DNA of 64,000 nucleotides from Myxococcota bacterium (lineage in GTDB: Bacteria > Myxococcota_A > SURF-8): the NCBI GenBank assembly GCA_963674735.2, contig CAXXQS010000002.1, forward strand, positions 1,024,001 through 1,088,000, in the 5' to 3' direction. The translations under genes were made by a program, and so were the position numbers. Positions within the stretch are counted from its first letter, which is position 1, and every line of letters starts with the position of its first letter. This document shows, in pieces, positions 19,622 through 29,466 of the stretch. The notes under the pieces were generated by a model, which was not told the origin of the DNA, ran no database searches, and worked only from the letters and a program-made list of their open reading frames with translations.

Positions 19622-20428
19622 TCATGCCCCTTGTTCGAACAGTTCTCCGGCCATTTCGGCGCGGAAAGCCTCGGCATATTCGCAATCGTGGGCCGCGCCC
19701 ACCTTGCCCGCCCAGGTTTTGATGAGCATGTCGGTGGCGGGTTCGAAGTTGTCCTTGTCGAGCAGCGGAATCAATTCCGTATGCCGTCCGGTGGCCGTGA
19801 GCGCACCGACGAAATCCTGCATGGTCATGCGCATCTGGCTGGTATGCGCGCAGATGGCCTGAACCTTCGTGTCGATCGTCGCGCCGATGTCCACCGCTTC
19901 GTTGCACAGGTTGTCGTTTTTGGCGAACCACAAAAAGTAGGGCGTCTGGTGCGGAGCCAGCCCGGCTTCCACCTGCTCGGGATGATACAGCGGCAGATGC
20001 GCGAAACCCGCCGCCTCCACCGCCGCCGCCGCCACGTGCCGATGGTCGGGGTGGGTTTCGAAGGGGGCGAAGAGGTCGAAGCTCATCACCAAATCCGGCT
20101 GCACGCGCCGCACCCATTCCATGAAGATGCGCCGCAGCTCGTTCTTGGGCGTATCGTCGAGGAAGCCGTCGGGATAGCCGAGAAAATGCACGGCCTTTTT
20201 ACCGATGATCTTGGCCGCCGCACGCGCCTCCACGTCGCGGCTTTCGCTGACAAGCTGCGTGGTGGCCAGTTCGAAGCTGCCGCGCCCGTTGTCGGTGGCG
20301 ATGATTTCCGTGATTTCCGCGCCGTTTTTCGCGAGCTTGGCCACCGTGCCGCCCGCGAAGAACTCGCAGTCGTCGGCATGCGCCGAAAACACCAACACCC
20401 GCTTTACACGATCCAGCCAGTCCAGCAT
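19622..20428 (-). CDS. PIG-L/LmbE family deacetylase
   Basis: AHADD, HPDH, HTSQ, YAEAF motifs. Confidence 0.9.
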   Translation of the reverse strand: MLDWLDRVKRVLVFSAHADDCEFFAGGTVAKLAKNGAEITEIIATDNGRGSFELATTQLVSESRDVEARAAAKIIGKKAVHFLGYPDGFLDDTPKNELRRIFMEWVRRVQPDLVMSFDLFAPFETHPDHRHVAAAAVEAAGFAHLPLYHPEQVEAGLAPHQTPYFLWFAKNDNLCNEAVDIGATIDTKVQAICAHTSQMRMTMQDFVGALTATGRHTELIPLLDKDNFEPATDMLIKTWAGKVGAAHDCEYAEAFRAEMAGELFEQGA

Positions 20429-20454
20429 CTGTGTTACTCCTTGCTTGAGTTATC

Positions 20455-21294
20455 TTAATCCGGTTCCTCCGACACCTCCGGCTTATCCAACGCCAGGCGA
20501 TAGGCCTCCTTCTTGCGCAGGCCGCAACGCGCCATCAGCGCCTCGCTCAAGCTGCGTCCCGTCAACCCCTCGGCACGCAACTCAAGCAGCACAACCTGCG
20601 GATCTTCGGCCATGCCCTCTTCCGCCGCGCCCGCGACCACCAGCACGATCTCGCCTTTGGGTGGCGCATCGCGGTAACGGTCGGCCAGTTCGGTCAGCGT
20701 TCCTGTCACATATTCCTCGTGGATTTTGGTCAGTTCGCGACACAACACCGCCGCACGCTCCCCGAAGGCCCCGGCCAAATCGTCGAGTTGACGAACGGTT
20801 TTATGCGGTGCGAGGTAAAAGACCTGGGTGCCCTTCAGATGAGCCACTTCCGCAAACAAAGCCTGCCGCTTGCCCGGCTTTTCGGGTGGAAAGCCATGAA
20901 AAGTGACCCGGTCGGTGGGCAGGCCCGCCGCCGACAACGCCGCCATGGCCGCCGTCGCTCCCGGTATCGGCACCACGGTATGGCCCGCCTCACGGCAGGC
21001 GCGCACCAGCTTGAAACCGGGATCGGAGACGGTCGGCGTCCCGCCATCCGAGATCAACGCCACGCGCTTGCCCTGCTCCAGCTCGCGCAACACGCGCGGC
21101 AGGCGCTCTTCTTCGTTGTGTTCATGCACCGACAGCGTCACCGGATGAAAACCGTAATGGTTGAATAACTTGGCCGAGTGGCGCGTGTCCTCACAGCAAA
21201 CCAGATCCGCCTCCTTGAGAACGCGAACGGCCCGGAAGCTGATGTCTTCCAGGTTGCCGATGGGCGTCGCCACGATATACAAAACTCCGGCCAT
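20455..21294 (-). CDS. rsmI: 16S rRNA (cytidine1402-2'-O)-methyltransferase
   Basis: ATPIGNLED, CEDTR, SDGGTPTVSDPG, RELTKIHEE. Confidence 0.95.
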   Translation of the reverse strand: MAGVLYIVATPIGNLEDISFRAVRVLKEADLVCCEDTRHSAKLFNHYGFHPVTLSVHEHNEEERLPRVLRELEQGKRVALISDGGTPTVSDPGFKLVRACREAGHTVVPIPGATAAMAALSAAGLPTDRVTFHGFPPEKPGKRQALFAEVAHLKGTQVFYLAPHKTVRQLDDLAGAFGERAAVLCRELTKIHEEYVTGTLTELADRYRDAPPKGEIVLVVAGAAEEGMAEDPQVVLLELRAEGLTGRSLSEALMARCGLRKKEAYRLALDKPEVSEEPD

Positions 21295-21303
21295 GCGGCC
21301 TCC

Positions 21304-21684
21304 TCAGTACGCCTCGAAAGCGTTTTTGATATGGGTAATTCGAAAAGGTCCGTTCGCGACAGGCACCAGGCCGATGACGTCGAAGCGCACCGCCACATCG
21401 TCCAACCCCTTTTGCTGCAGATAGGCCTCCGCCATGCGCACGATCCGCCGCTGCTTGGGGCCGGTGACCGTCTCCACCGGATGCCCCAGACCGGGGCGGG
21501 TTTTGGCACGCACCTCGACGATGCACAAGGTTTCGCCATCCCGGGCGATCAGATCCAGCTCGCCCTCGCGAATATGCCAGTTGCGCTCGACAATGACATA
21601 CCCACGCGCTTCGAGATAGGCCGCCGCCGCGTCCTCACCCGCCTCGCCCAGACGGCCTTTGCGCGTTGCGTTGTGGATTGACAT
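21304..21684 (-). CDS. yraN: YraN family protein (UPF0102)
   Basis: GEAGEDAA, GELDLIA, IVEVR, RFDVI, HIKNAF. Confidence 0.9.
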   Translation of the reverse strand: MSIHNATRKGRLGEAGEDAAAAYLEARGYVIVERNWHIREGELDLIARDGETLCIVEVRAKTRPGLGHPVETVTGPKQRRIVRMAEAYLQQKGLDDVAVRFDVIGLVPVANGPFRITHIKNAFEAY

Positions 21685-21705
21685 GCGCCCCCTTTGTGCT
21701 ACAAT
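21678..21705 (+). promoter_or_regulatory. Sigma70-like promoter for the 21763 gene; its -35 overlaps the yraN start codon
   Basis: TTGACA-N16-TACAAT. Confidence 0.5.
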
Positions 21706-21762
21706 CGGCTGCCTGCATGGACAGGCCGATAAGATACGGGAACCTGGAGACGAAAACAGATA

Positions 21763-23409
21763 ATGATTCCAGACGATTACCTGGTCATAAGTGTGACGCC
21801 CGACACCCTCGCGAAACTCGATTTCAGCGAGGCCGAAGATCTCCTGACGCTGCTGACCGCCGATGACGATACCATATCGCAGCAGGCCGGGAAACTGTTT
21901 TTGGATGTCGAGTCCCTTCTCGAAGCCGACAACCGCGAGCCGGGTGAAATCGCCGAGTTGCGCGTGTGGACCGCCGAGTTGGATCGCCGCTATCCCTACC
22001 TGCCCTATTTTCTATCGCACGCGACGGAGTTGGCTCAGCTCGGACTGTATGCCAATCTATTGGTTCCGTTTCACGTGGACGGCAACCGGCTACGCTTCGA
22101 ACGTCAAGAATTGGAACGCTTCGCCCTTGAAAAAATTCGTGCCATTCACGATTTCTGCGGCGAACACGGCATCAGCCCGAAAGACAGCATTCGCCATCTT
22201 TGCGAACAGCTCAATCTCGACATCATCGAAGAAATTACGGAAGACGACGAAGGTCCGCGCTTTCCTTTTGAATCCGAGCGAATCACCTCGCCGTTCTTGA
22301 TCGATTTTTTCGAAAGCGGTTACTATTTCCACACCATCGACGCCTCCGACGAACCGGTGCTGTTTGCGCTGGTGGACGATCCGGTAGCCGCCTATTACGC
22401 CGATACGGCGGTTGAAATCGAGCTTTTCACCTCATCGGCTTACCCGGTGATCGCACTGGAACTGACGGTCTTCGACCTTCCCGAATCGCCGCTCAAGATG
22501 ACCTTCGTCTACAACATCGATATCGAGCGCCACCGCCGGGAACTGTATCAGTACGCCGAGATGCCCTATATCTCGGCCAACTTCCTGTTCAAACAAGAAA
22601 ACGAACTATTTTACGGCTTTACGCGCGCCATCGCCTTGCCCGACCCGGTGCGGGAACGTATCCGCAGCCTGGTGCTCGACGCCTCGAACCTGCTGCGCGC
22701 CATTCCCAAAGAGGCGCGACGCTTCCCCGATGCGGTCGCGGAACTATTTGCCGCCAAAGGCCACGCCAAAGAGGCCGAAGCGATCGAGGCGGAAATGGAC
22801 GAGCTGCCGCCTCTTCCGGAAGCGCCAGCCGCTCCCGAACCGGATGATCATGAAGAAGTGAAAGCCGCGGCCACAGCTCCTCAAACGGGGGATGACTCTT
22901 TACCGGAGGAAGTGCAAACAGACGAAGAAACCCCAGTGGACACGGATGCGGAAGGCGATTCCAGAGCGGCGCGCGCAGTATCCGATGCGGCTGATATTTT
23001 GCAGGAAATCGAGGTGGTTAATAGCACCACTGCCCCTGAACACGTTTCCGATGACGACGGCCAACGCCACTCCGTCCGCTCGCCCTACGAAAGCGCCATT
23101 CCCGCAAGCGTGTTACCCGAGTCGATTCAGCGCATAACCAAAGCGCTGTCCAAACCGGTACGCAAACCCGCCCGCAATATCACCGAAGAGTTGAGTATCG
23201 CCCCCGCTCCCAAACGGGTGGTCATGCGTGAGGAAGACCCCATGGAACGCCTCTCGCGGCGCCTGGTGATCATGCAAAACAACCTGGAACGCACCGAGCG
23301 TGAAAATCTGCGTCTCAGCTCCGAGTTGAAAGCCGCCCGAGAAGAAATCGAGCATCTGCAACGCGAAAATATGTCTCTCGAAACCCGCTGGTGGAAATTC
23401 TGGCGTTAG
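21763..23409 (+). CDS. Hypothetical protein: CRR6/DUF1817-like N-terminus, acidic linker, C-terminal coiled coil ending WWKFWR
   Basis: EIAELRVWTAELDRRYPYLPYFL resembles the CRR6 core; heptad-rich C-terminus; GGAG RBS. Confidence 0.7.
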   Translation: MIPDDYLVISVTPDTLAKLDFSEAEDLLTLLTADDDTISQQAGKLFLDVESLLEADNREPGEIAELRVWTAELDRRYPYLPYFLSHATELAQLGLYANLLVPFHVDGNRLRFERQELERFALEKIRAIHDFCGEHGISPKDSIRHLCEQLNLDIIEEITEDDEGPRFPFESERITSPFLIDFFESGYYFHTIDASDEPVLFALVDDPVAAYYADTAVEIELFTSSAYPVIALELTVFDLPESPLKMTFVYNIDIERHRRELYQYAEMPYISANFLFKQENELFYGFTRAIALPDPVRERIRSLVLDASNLLRAIPKEARRFPDAVAELFAAKGHAKEAEAIEAEMDELPPLPEAPAAPEPDDHEEVKAAATAPQTGDDSLPEEVQTDEETPVDTDAEGDSRAARAVSDAADILQEIEVVNSTTAPEHVSDDDGQRHSVRSPYESAIPASVLPESIQRITKALSKPVRKPARNITEELSIAPAPKRVVMREEDPMERLSRRLVIMQNNLERTERENLRLSSELKAAREEIEHLQRENMSLETRWWKFWR

Positions 23410-23428
23410 GTCGTTCAAGCAACCCCAT

Positions 23429-24481
23429 TTACGGTCCGGTCGGAAACACACCGTTTTCGTGATAGGCGTCGAGTGCCACGACCAGTTCGGCGGGCATGTC
23501 GGACTGCAACAGAAAGACCCCCGCCTCAACGAAGGCCGCCCAGCCCGAATAGTCACCCACGAAAGCCAGCGAATCGCCCGCCGCCATCACATCCTGCTGC
23601 ACCTTGAGGCCCAGCCCGTTGATACCGGCGGTCAGATCCGGTTCCGGGCCCGCTTTGGCGATTTCGACGATGCACAAACCGGGCAAAAGCTGTTGCGCGG
23701 CTTCGGCTTCGGCGACACTGTTCACCGGCGGCATGACCAGCAAATTGGAATCAAGGTCGAGCATCAACTGCAACTGACCCGCCCCATCGCGCACCAGCGC
23801 CTGTTCGTAATAAGGTCCGGCCGCAATGGCTGCCGCCACCCAATCTTCACGGTCGGTTTTCTGATCGACATAGAGCATCAACCCCGTTTCGGCGGCCAAA
23901 GCCAAGGCGTCGGAAAAGGTGGGGATTTTGACGGACTCCGCATCGCCCGGGTCTGCACCGTTGAGCGTGAGCGCTTGGAGTTCGGCCAGCGTAAGCGCTG
24001 CCACCTCGCCCGATCCGTCGGTCGTGCGGTCCACCGTATCGTCGTGCATCAGCACCAAAGCCCCATCGGAGCTATGGCGGACATCGACTTCGGCAAAGGC
24101 CGCCCCGATTGCCGCCGCCGAACGGATGGCCGCCAGCGAGTTTTCGGGATGGCCGACATGATGACCGCGATGGGCGGTCACCAACGGGAAAGTGCAAGTC
24201 GGATCGCACAGGCATGCGGCCGGAATCAGAGGGATATCCGGGTCGTCAGCGCCGTCGCCGTCGAGATCCGCCTCACCGTCATTGTCGGCTTCCTCATCAC
24301 CCTCCGGCAAGTCACTTTCTTCATCGCCATCCGAGGCCCCGCCGTCGGTCTCGATATCGACATCGCTGTCGCCATCCGGCAAGATCGGCTCTCCCTCGTC
24401 ATCCGAACAGCTCCAGATCAGCACCGTGCCAAGCAGCAGGATAAGAACCAAACGGATGAACGAGGGGCCCAGACGCAACAT
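23429..24481 (-). CDS. Glycerophosphodiester phosphodiesterase family lipoprotein
   Basis: Lipobox IWSC, DGD-rich linker, AHRG, PENS, EVDV, HD..VDRTT. Confidence 0.9.
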   Translation of the reverse strand: MLRLGPSFIRLVLILLLGTVLIWSCSDDEGEPILPDGDSDVDIETDGGASDGDEESDLPEGDEEADNDGEADLDGDGADDPDIPLIPAACLCDPTCTFPLVTAHRGHHVGHPENSLAAIRSAAAIGAAFAEVDVRHSSDGALVLMHDDTVDRTTDGSGEVAALTLAELQALTLNGADPGDAESVKIPTFSDALALAAETGLMLYVDQKTDREDWVAAAIAAGPYYEQALVRDGAGQLQLMLDLDSNLLVMPPVNSVAEAEAAQQLLPGLCIVEIAKAGPEPDLTAGINGLGLKVQQDVMAAGDSLAFVGDYSGWAAFVEAGVFLLQSDMPAELVVALDAYHENGVFPTGP

Positions 24482-24484
24482 GTT

Positions 24485-26938
24485 CTAGTCTCCCGATTGG
24501 ATAATGCCACTGTAAAGGCCCATGTAGTAGGGCAACAGCCAATTGGTGGGGGCCTGATAGCTCGACCCGTCGCCGCCGTCACTCATGGAATAAGGATTGC
24601 CGTTCCACCACATGGTGCGCAATTCATCGTAAGGATAGACCCGGTCGATCTGTTCGTGGCCGTGACGATCATCGACCACCTTCACGTGATCCTTGCGATG
24701 TGCGTGATTCACATGCCATTCTCGCAAATCGTCCGGCATTTCGCGCAGGGTGCGTAAAGCGCTGTCCACATCCGGGTCGGCTCCACCCGAAAGCGCATAG
24801 GCCGCCGCCCACCAGGGGTTGCGCTCCGGGCGCTCGTGGTCGTACATGAATTTGTAGCTCTCGATCCAATCGGCGCGACGCGCGTCGTCGGCCTCGTAGC
24901 GGATCAAGGAGGTGTACGCCAGGGTAGCCAGCTCGTGATCGGAATGGTTGGCGATGGAATCGCTGACGATGGTGAGGGTGTCGTCGCCGGCCATGGCGAC
25001 TTCGGCATAGCGGTGAGTGGTGTGCAGCAACTCATAGGCATCGTAAAAATAGCTGTCGCCGGTCATGTGGTAGGCAGCCAGCAACATGCCCAGCGCTTCC
25101 AGTGAATTGAGCCAACCACCGCCGTAAAACGCCTCGCCGCAATCCGTGATCTCGTAGCCGTTCCCCAAACACGCCGTCACGCCGTCCACCGCGATGGAGA
25201 TGGTGTCGGGATCCCAGTGACCATGCAGAGTCCGCTCGCCATCCAGGTCGATCAGCTTGAAGCCGCCTTCCACGATGTAGCGCGCCACCTCGTCGGCATA
25301 AGCCGCGATCTCGTCCTTTTCGTCCTGGGTTTTGGCGCACAGGTCGTAAAAGACGGGGAAGCCGAAGAAATGCCCGGCCAGTTCGTCGGAGGAGGTGTCG
25401 TCCTTCCACACATGTTCCTGCTCCTCCCAGGTTTCCTGGTGCCAGTTATCCTGAGTCAGCTTGGACTCCCACACCGACCCCTCATCGTCACGAACGATGG
25501 AGCGCGAAATAAACCCGCGCTCCAGGCCCGCCCGTTCGAAGGAGATGGCCGGGATATCCACTAGAAGAAACATGTTGTCCATGGCTTTGCGGGCGTAATC
25601 GTAATACTTTTCCTCGCCGGTGGCGGCGTAAGCCATGCACCAGCCGCCGATCATCATCTGCGTCCACAAGCCGTCGTTGTCTTTGTCGTTGAGCGTCATG
25701 GTGTCGGGATCGGCCCACGGATCGTCCACCCGACCATCGGAAGCGAAAAAGCCCCCCATGCGCCAGAAATGGGGAACCATGCTATCGAACACGGGTTCCT
25801 TGTCCGCCAAGGTGCGTTCGATCAGATAGATACGTCCGGCACCCGCTTCGGTTCCTATCCAGCGCTCACCGGTCGCACTCAACGCCACGGCAGGCGCGCG
25901 CAGCCCGGGCGTCCAGCGGATGCTGGCGTAGTGATCGATATGACTGTAATCGCTCGAAAGGAAGGTTGCGCCGACTTCGTGACCCACCAGGAAACCCGCA
26001 TCGGAGCAGGTGACGGCAATCAGGTTGTCGGTCGGAAATCCGTCGGGCTGAGCCAGGAAGCGGCGCGGATCGCCGTCGCCGACGATGCTGAGTCCGCTTG
26101 CCGTTGCAACCGCCACGCGCGAACCGCACACGGCAACCGCACGCGCATCGTTGTCGAGCAATTCGCCACTCACGTTGCTCCAGGTCTCGCTGCCGCCGTC
26201 ACCGGTAATCCGGACACCGTTATCCGTTGCCGCATACAGCGTTCCGTCGTCTGCGATATCCAAACCCTGGTAGGTGTGCACATCACTTCCGGTGATGAGA
26301 GTCCAGCCGCCATTGCTTTCGTGTTCATACAAACCGTTCTGTGTCGCGGCAACCAGCTTCCCGCCGCCGACCGCGATATCGATCACCGGGTTATCGGTGA
26401 AGGCGAAGCTGTCGTGGCTGCTGCCGCCCAGATCGATCAGGTCCACCCGCTCGGCAAGCGCGACGGCCAGTTTTCCTTCGTACAATTCGTCGGCGATGGC
26501 ATGCACGGCTCCCGCAGCACCGCCCAACGGCATCGCTTCGAAGATCCGCGAGGTGTCGTTCAACTGATAGAGACCATCGACCGCACCCAGGTATACCGCA
26601 GCACCGATCACCGCCAGAGCCTTGACATCCAGGCTGGGAAGTTGTTCGACACGATGGAATTGTTCGGAGAATTCCTGCATATAGGGCTCGTCGGCCGCCG
26701 TTGCGGCGGGCGTGCGAACTTCAAAGATAAAAGCCGGGTCGGGATATTGGAATTCTTCATCGCCGTCCGTGTCGCCATCCGGATCGTCGCCATCGGGTTC
26801 GTCACCATCCGGATCATCCCCATCGGGGGCATCCCCATCGGCATCGCCGTCCACCGATGCATCGTCGCTGCCGCCGCAGGCGAAAGCGGTCAAGGCGACA
26901 AACAAAACCATCATCCAGATTATCCAATTAGCTCGCAT
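24485..26938 (-). CDS. Large lipoprotein: DGD linker, beta-propeller-like region, helical C-terminal domain of unknown activity
   Basis: Lipobox AFAC; AT.NGL/WIGT..G propeller-type repeats; DNDGLWT, WKDDTSSDE, LLPYY motifs. Confidence 0.75.
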   Translation of the reverse strand: MRANWIIWMMVLFVALTAFACGGSDDASVDGDADGDAPDGDDPDGDEPDGDDPDGDTDGDEEFQYPDPAFIFEVRTPAATAADEPYMQEFSEQFHRVEQLPSLDVKALAVIGAAVYLGAVDGLYQLNDTSRIFEAMPLGGAAGAVHAIADELYEGKLAVALAERVDLIDLGGSSHDSFAFTDNPVIDIAVGGGKLVAATQNGLYEHESNGGWTLITGSDVHTYQGLDIADDGTLYAATDNGVRITGDGGSETWSNVSGELLDNDARAVAVCGSRVAVATASGLSIVGDGDPRRFLAQPDGFPTDNLIAVTCSDAGFLVGHEVGATFLSSDYSHIDHYASIRWTPGLRAPAVALSATGERWIGTEAGAGRIYLIERTLADKEPVFDSMVPHFWRMGGFFASDGRVDDPWADPDTMTLNDKDNDGLWTQMMIGGWCMAYAATGEEKYYDYARKAMDNMFLLVDIPAISFERAGLERGFISRSIVRDDEGSVWESKLTQDNWHQETWEEQEHVWKDDTSSDELAGHFFGFPVFYDLCAKTQDEKDEIAAYADEVARYIVEGGFKLIDLDGERTLHGHWDPDTISIAVDGVTACLGNGYEITDCGEAFYGGGWLNSLEALGMLLAAYHMTGDSYFYDAYELLHTTHRYAEVAMAGDDTLTIVSDSIANHSDHELATLAYTSLIRYEADDARRADWIESYKFMYDHERPERNPWWAAAYALSGGADPDVDSALRTLREMPDDLREWHVNHAHRKDHVKVVDDRHGHEQIDRVYPYDELRTMWWNGNPYSMSDGGDGSSYQAPTNWLLPYYMGLYSGIIQSGD
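26760..26850. repeat. Imperfect 15-bp coding repeats (DGDxP)
   Basis: DGDADGDAPDGDDPDGDEPDGDDPDGDTDGD in the 24485-26938 protein. Confidence 0.8.
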
Positions 26939-27095
26939 AGATGCCTCCACGAATGATGCCCCAACAACGGGACGAAAAGTTCGGGTTTTCAAACGGACTC
27001 ATCATACTTGAACATAGTGGCGAGGGCAAGCATGGTTGACATTCTCATTCACTGCGCTACGATACTCGCATGGCGAACCACAAGCGAGGTCGGAC

Positions 27096-27899
27096 ATGAA
27101 TCCGCAAGCCCGAGTCATCTCACTGCTGACGGATTTCGGGACTCAGATGGGGTATGTGGGTCAGATGAAAGGAGTGATCCTGTCGATCAATCCCGAAGCG
27201 CATCTGGTCGACCTGTCCCACGATGTTCCGGCACAGAGTATCGCCACGGCGGCGCTGGTTTTGGAACAAAGCACACCGTTTTTCCCTACCGGCTCCATTC
27301 ATCTGGCGGTTACGGATCCCGGAGTGGGCACCGACCGTCCGGCCGTCGTGGTTGAAACGGAAAAAGCGTTGTTCGTCGGTCCCGACAACGGCCTCTTCGG
27401 TTTTCTGGCCAAGTCGCAACAGGTGCGATCCATTCACCGCATCGTCAACGAACGCTATTTTCTGGACCAACTCTCCAATACCTTTCATGGACGCGACATC
27501 TTCGCTCCCATCGCCGCCTACCTCTCCCTGGGCTATCCGCCCGACGAGTTCGGCCCCCTCGACGACAGCCTGTGCATGCTATCCGGAGACGGATTGCGCA
27601 AAACCGGCAACGAAGTCGAAGGGGATATTCTCGCCGTGGATGTCTTCGGGAATCTGATCACCAGCCTGCCCGCCGATGCGGTGGACCATTACCTGTTCGA
27701 GCACGCCGACCGCGACGTCTATGCCTGGTGCCACGACCAGCCGGTCCCCATCCGTTTCACTTACGCCGATGTCCCGGAGGGGGATCTCTTGGCTTATATC
27801 GGGTCGGGGGGGCGCCTGGAAATCGCGGTCAACCGCGGCAATGCCGCCACAAAACTGAACGCAGGCATCGGCACGCCCGTCAAATTGATCACACTGTAG
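27096..27899 (+). CDS. SAM hydrolase / SAM-dependent halogenase family protein (DUF62)
   Basis: LLTDFG, DPGVGT.R, GPDNG, TFHGRDIFAP, DVFGN, EIAVNRG. Confidence 0.9.
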   Translation: MNPQARVISLLTDFGTQMGYVGQMKGVILSINPEAHLVDLSHDVPAQSIATAALVLEQSTPFFPTGSIHLAVTDPGVGTDRPAVVVETEKALFVGPDNGLFGFLAKSQQVRSIHRIVNERYFLDQLSNTFHGRDIFAPIAAYLSLGYPPDEFGPLDDSLCMLSGDGLRKTGNEVEGDILAVDVFGNLITSLPADAVDHYLFEHADRDVYAWCHDQPVPIRFTYADVPEGDLLAYIGSGGRLEIAVNRGNAATKLNAGIGTPVKLITL

Positions 27900-27913
27900 A
27901 CTCGACCGAAGAC

Positions 27914-29059
27914 TTAATCGCTGGTGGAGGGAATGCAGACTCGCCGCCCATCGGAGGTCTGGGTGCAGGCATAACCTTCACGGCAGTCGCCGTAATTGGT
28001 AAAAGGCGGATACGCCAAAGTGCCGCACAGATGCAAGCAAAGGTACTGATAGTCGGTCTGTTCGTTGGGACGAATGCCGGTACAGCGCGTGTAAGGATTG
28101 TCACAGGTACTGTCATCGCCTGCAGTACAAAACTTGGAACACAGCCCATCCGGCCAGTTGAAACCGTAATCCCCGCTGGACAAGCATTCGGCATCGGGTG
28201 AACAATCCAAATCGACCTCGCACGAACCCCCGATGTTATGCAAACCATTGCACGTATCATCGGCCGGGGCACACACATTCCCACCCGTTGTGGAAACACA
28301 TTCGGCATCGAAAGGACACGCATTGTCAGCCTCGCAAGGCGGAGCGCAATAGGCTTCCTGCGTATCCGGGATGTACAGACATGCCGATCCGGAAGCACAG
28401 TCGTCGGGCGAGAAACAAGGGGCGCAATAGCTGGGCCATTCGTTGGGATAAACACCTTCGCACTCGCCCGTTTCGGCATTGCAGGTGTGTCCATCCGGAC
28501 AACCGGTGACCACGCAATGGTTGCGCTCATAAACGCAATTCCCGGTTTCGGTGTTGCAGCGCTGGCGTGGCGGGCAACCGGTATCGACACATGTCCGCAC
28601 ATCGCCGTCGGTTGCATCGCCGTCGGTTGCGTCGCCGTCGGTTGCGTCGCCGTCGGTTGCGTCGCCATCGGTTGCGTCGCCGTCGGTTGCATCGCCATCG
28701 GGTGTATCGCCATCGGGTGTATCGCCATCGGGTGCGTCGCCATCGGGTGTATCGCCATCGGGTGTATCGCCATCGGGATCGTCGCCGTCGGCAGGTTCGT
28801 CATCGATGCAACTATTGGTGATAAGATCGCAGATCTGCCCGTCGGGACAGGGAACCTCATCAGAACAATATAAACGGCATTCGTTATCGATACAAAGCTC
28901 TCCCGCCTCGCAATCGGCCGCCACCTGACACTCGACGAAGACCGGACTATCGCCATCCGCATCGCCATCGGGATCGAACGAAGGCAGCAGGGTGGATTGA
29001 CAGGCAGTCAGAATCCCAAACAGGCAGGCGATTGTGGCAATGAAAAGAAAGCTTCGCAT
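27914..29059 (-). CDS. Cys-rich lipoprotein with DGDTP/DGDAT pentapeptide repeats
   Basis: Lipobox LTAC; many small Cys modules; alternative start 29074. Confidence 0.85.
   Translation of the reverse strand: MRSFLFIATIACLFGILTACQSTLLPSFDPDGDADGDSPVFVECQVAADCEAGELCIDNECRLYCSDEVPCPDGQICDLITNSCIDDEPADGDDPDGDTPDGDTPDGDAPDGDTPDGDTPDGDATDGDATDGDATDGDATDGDATDGDATDGDVRTCVDTGCPPRQRCNTETGNCVYERNHCVVTGCPDGHTCNAETGECEGVYPNEWPSYCAPCFSPDDCASGSACLYIPDTQEAYCAPPCEADNACPFDAECVSTTGGNVCAPADDTCNGLHNIGGSCEVDLDCSPDAECLSSGDYGFNWPDGLCSKFCTAGDDSTCDNPYTRCTGIRPNEQTDYQYLCLHLCGTLAYPPFTNYGDCREGYACTQTSDGRRVCIPSTSD
28601..28790. repeat. 15-bp tandem repeat array (about 12-13 units) encoding DGD(T/A/D)(P/T)
   Basis: Repeated (a/g)tcgcc(g/a)tcgg(t/g)tg(c/t) units. 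Confidence 0.9.
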
Positions 29060-29192
29060 GGTACTCTGCTCCATTGTTGGTCCGCGTATGGCGGAAAGAA
29101 CGGACGGGAACCGTTAACCGGGAAACTCTAGCGGGTGAAGGACGAAAAGTCAACCACGGCAAAGGAATGAAGGAATGAAGCGCAATACGGCA

Positions 29193-29365
29193 TTTCAATT
29201 CTGATTTAGTCGCGAATCATCTTCGATCGATGATGGGTGGCACGGGCTAAACCGTCAGGTTTGCCCGTGAAAACAGCATGGGCAAGCCAAAGGCTTGGCC
29301 CATGGCACCCCGTAAACCGAATTAGAGTGGGTGGAAAACGGTGAAAAGCTTGGAAGTGAATCGCC
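29193..29365. repeat. Dispersed 173-bp palindromic element, copy 1
   Basis: Near-identical, gap-free match to 62657-62829; internal GGGTGGCACGGGC...GCCCGTG and CATGGGC...GCCCATGGCACCC hairpins. Confidence 0.9.
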
Positions 29366-29466
29366 CTATGAAACACAATCCGCAGCCTTGCCTTTCTCCC
29401 CCTTCTGCGATAGCATCAAATGAGTGATCTCGCCATCGACCACCTGACAACCAATGGAGGAATGTC

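Noticed and set aside
27096-27899. Fluorinase/chlorinase implying halometabolite synthesis
   Set aside because: TFHGRD motif and lack of a biosynthetic cluster fit the common DUF62 SAM hydrolase better
28601-28790. 15-bp array as CRISPR or non-coding repeat; Arg/His-rich ORF 28567-28821
   Set aside because: In-frame coding repeat of the minus-strand lipoprotein; the other frames are by-products
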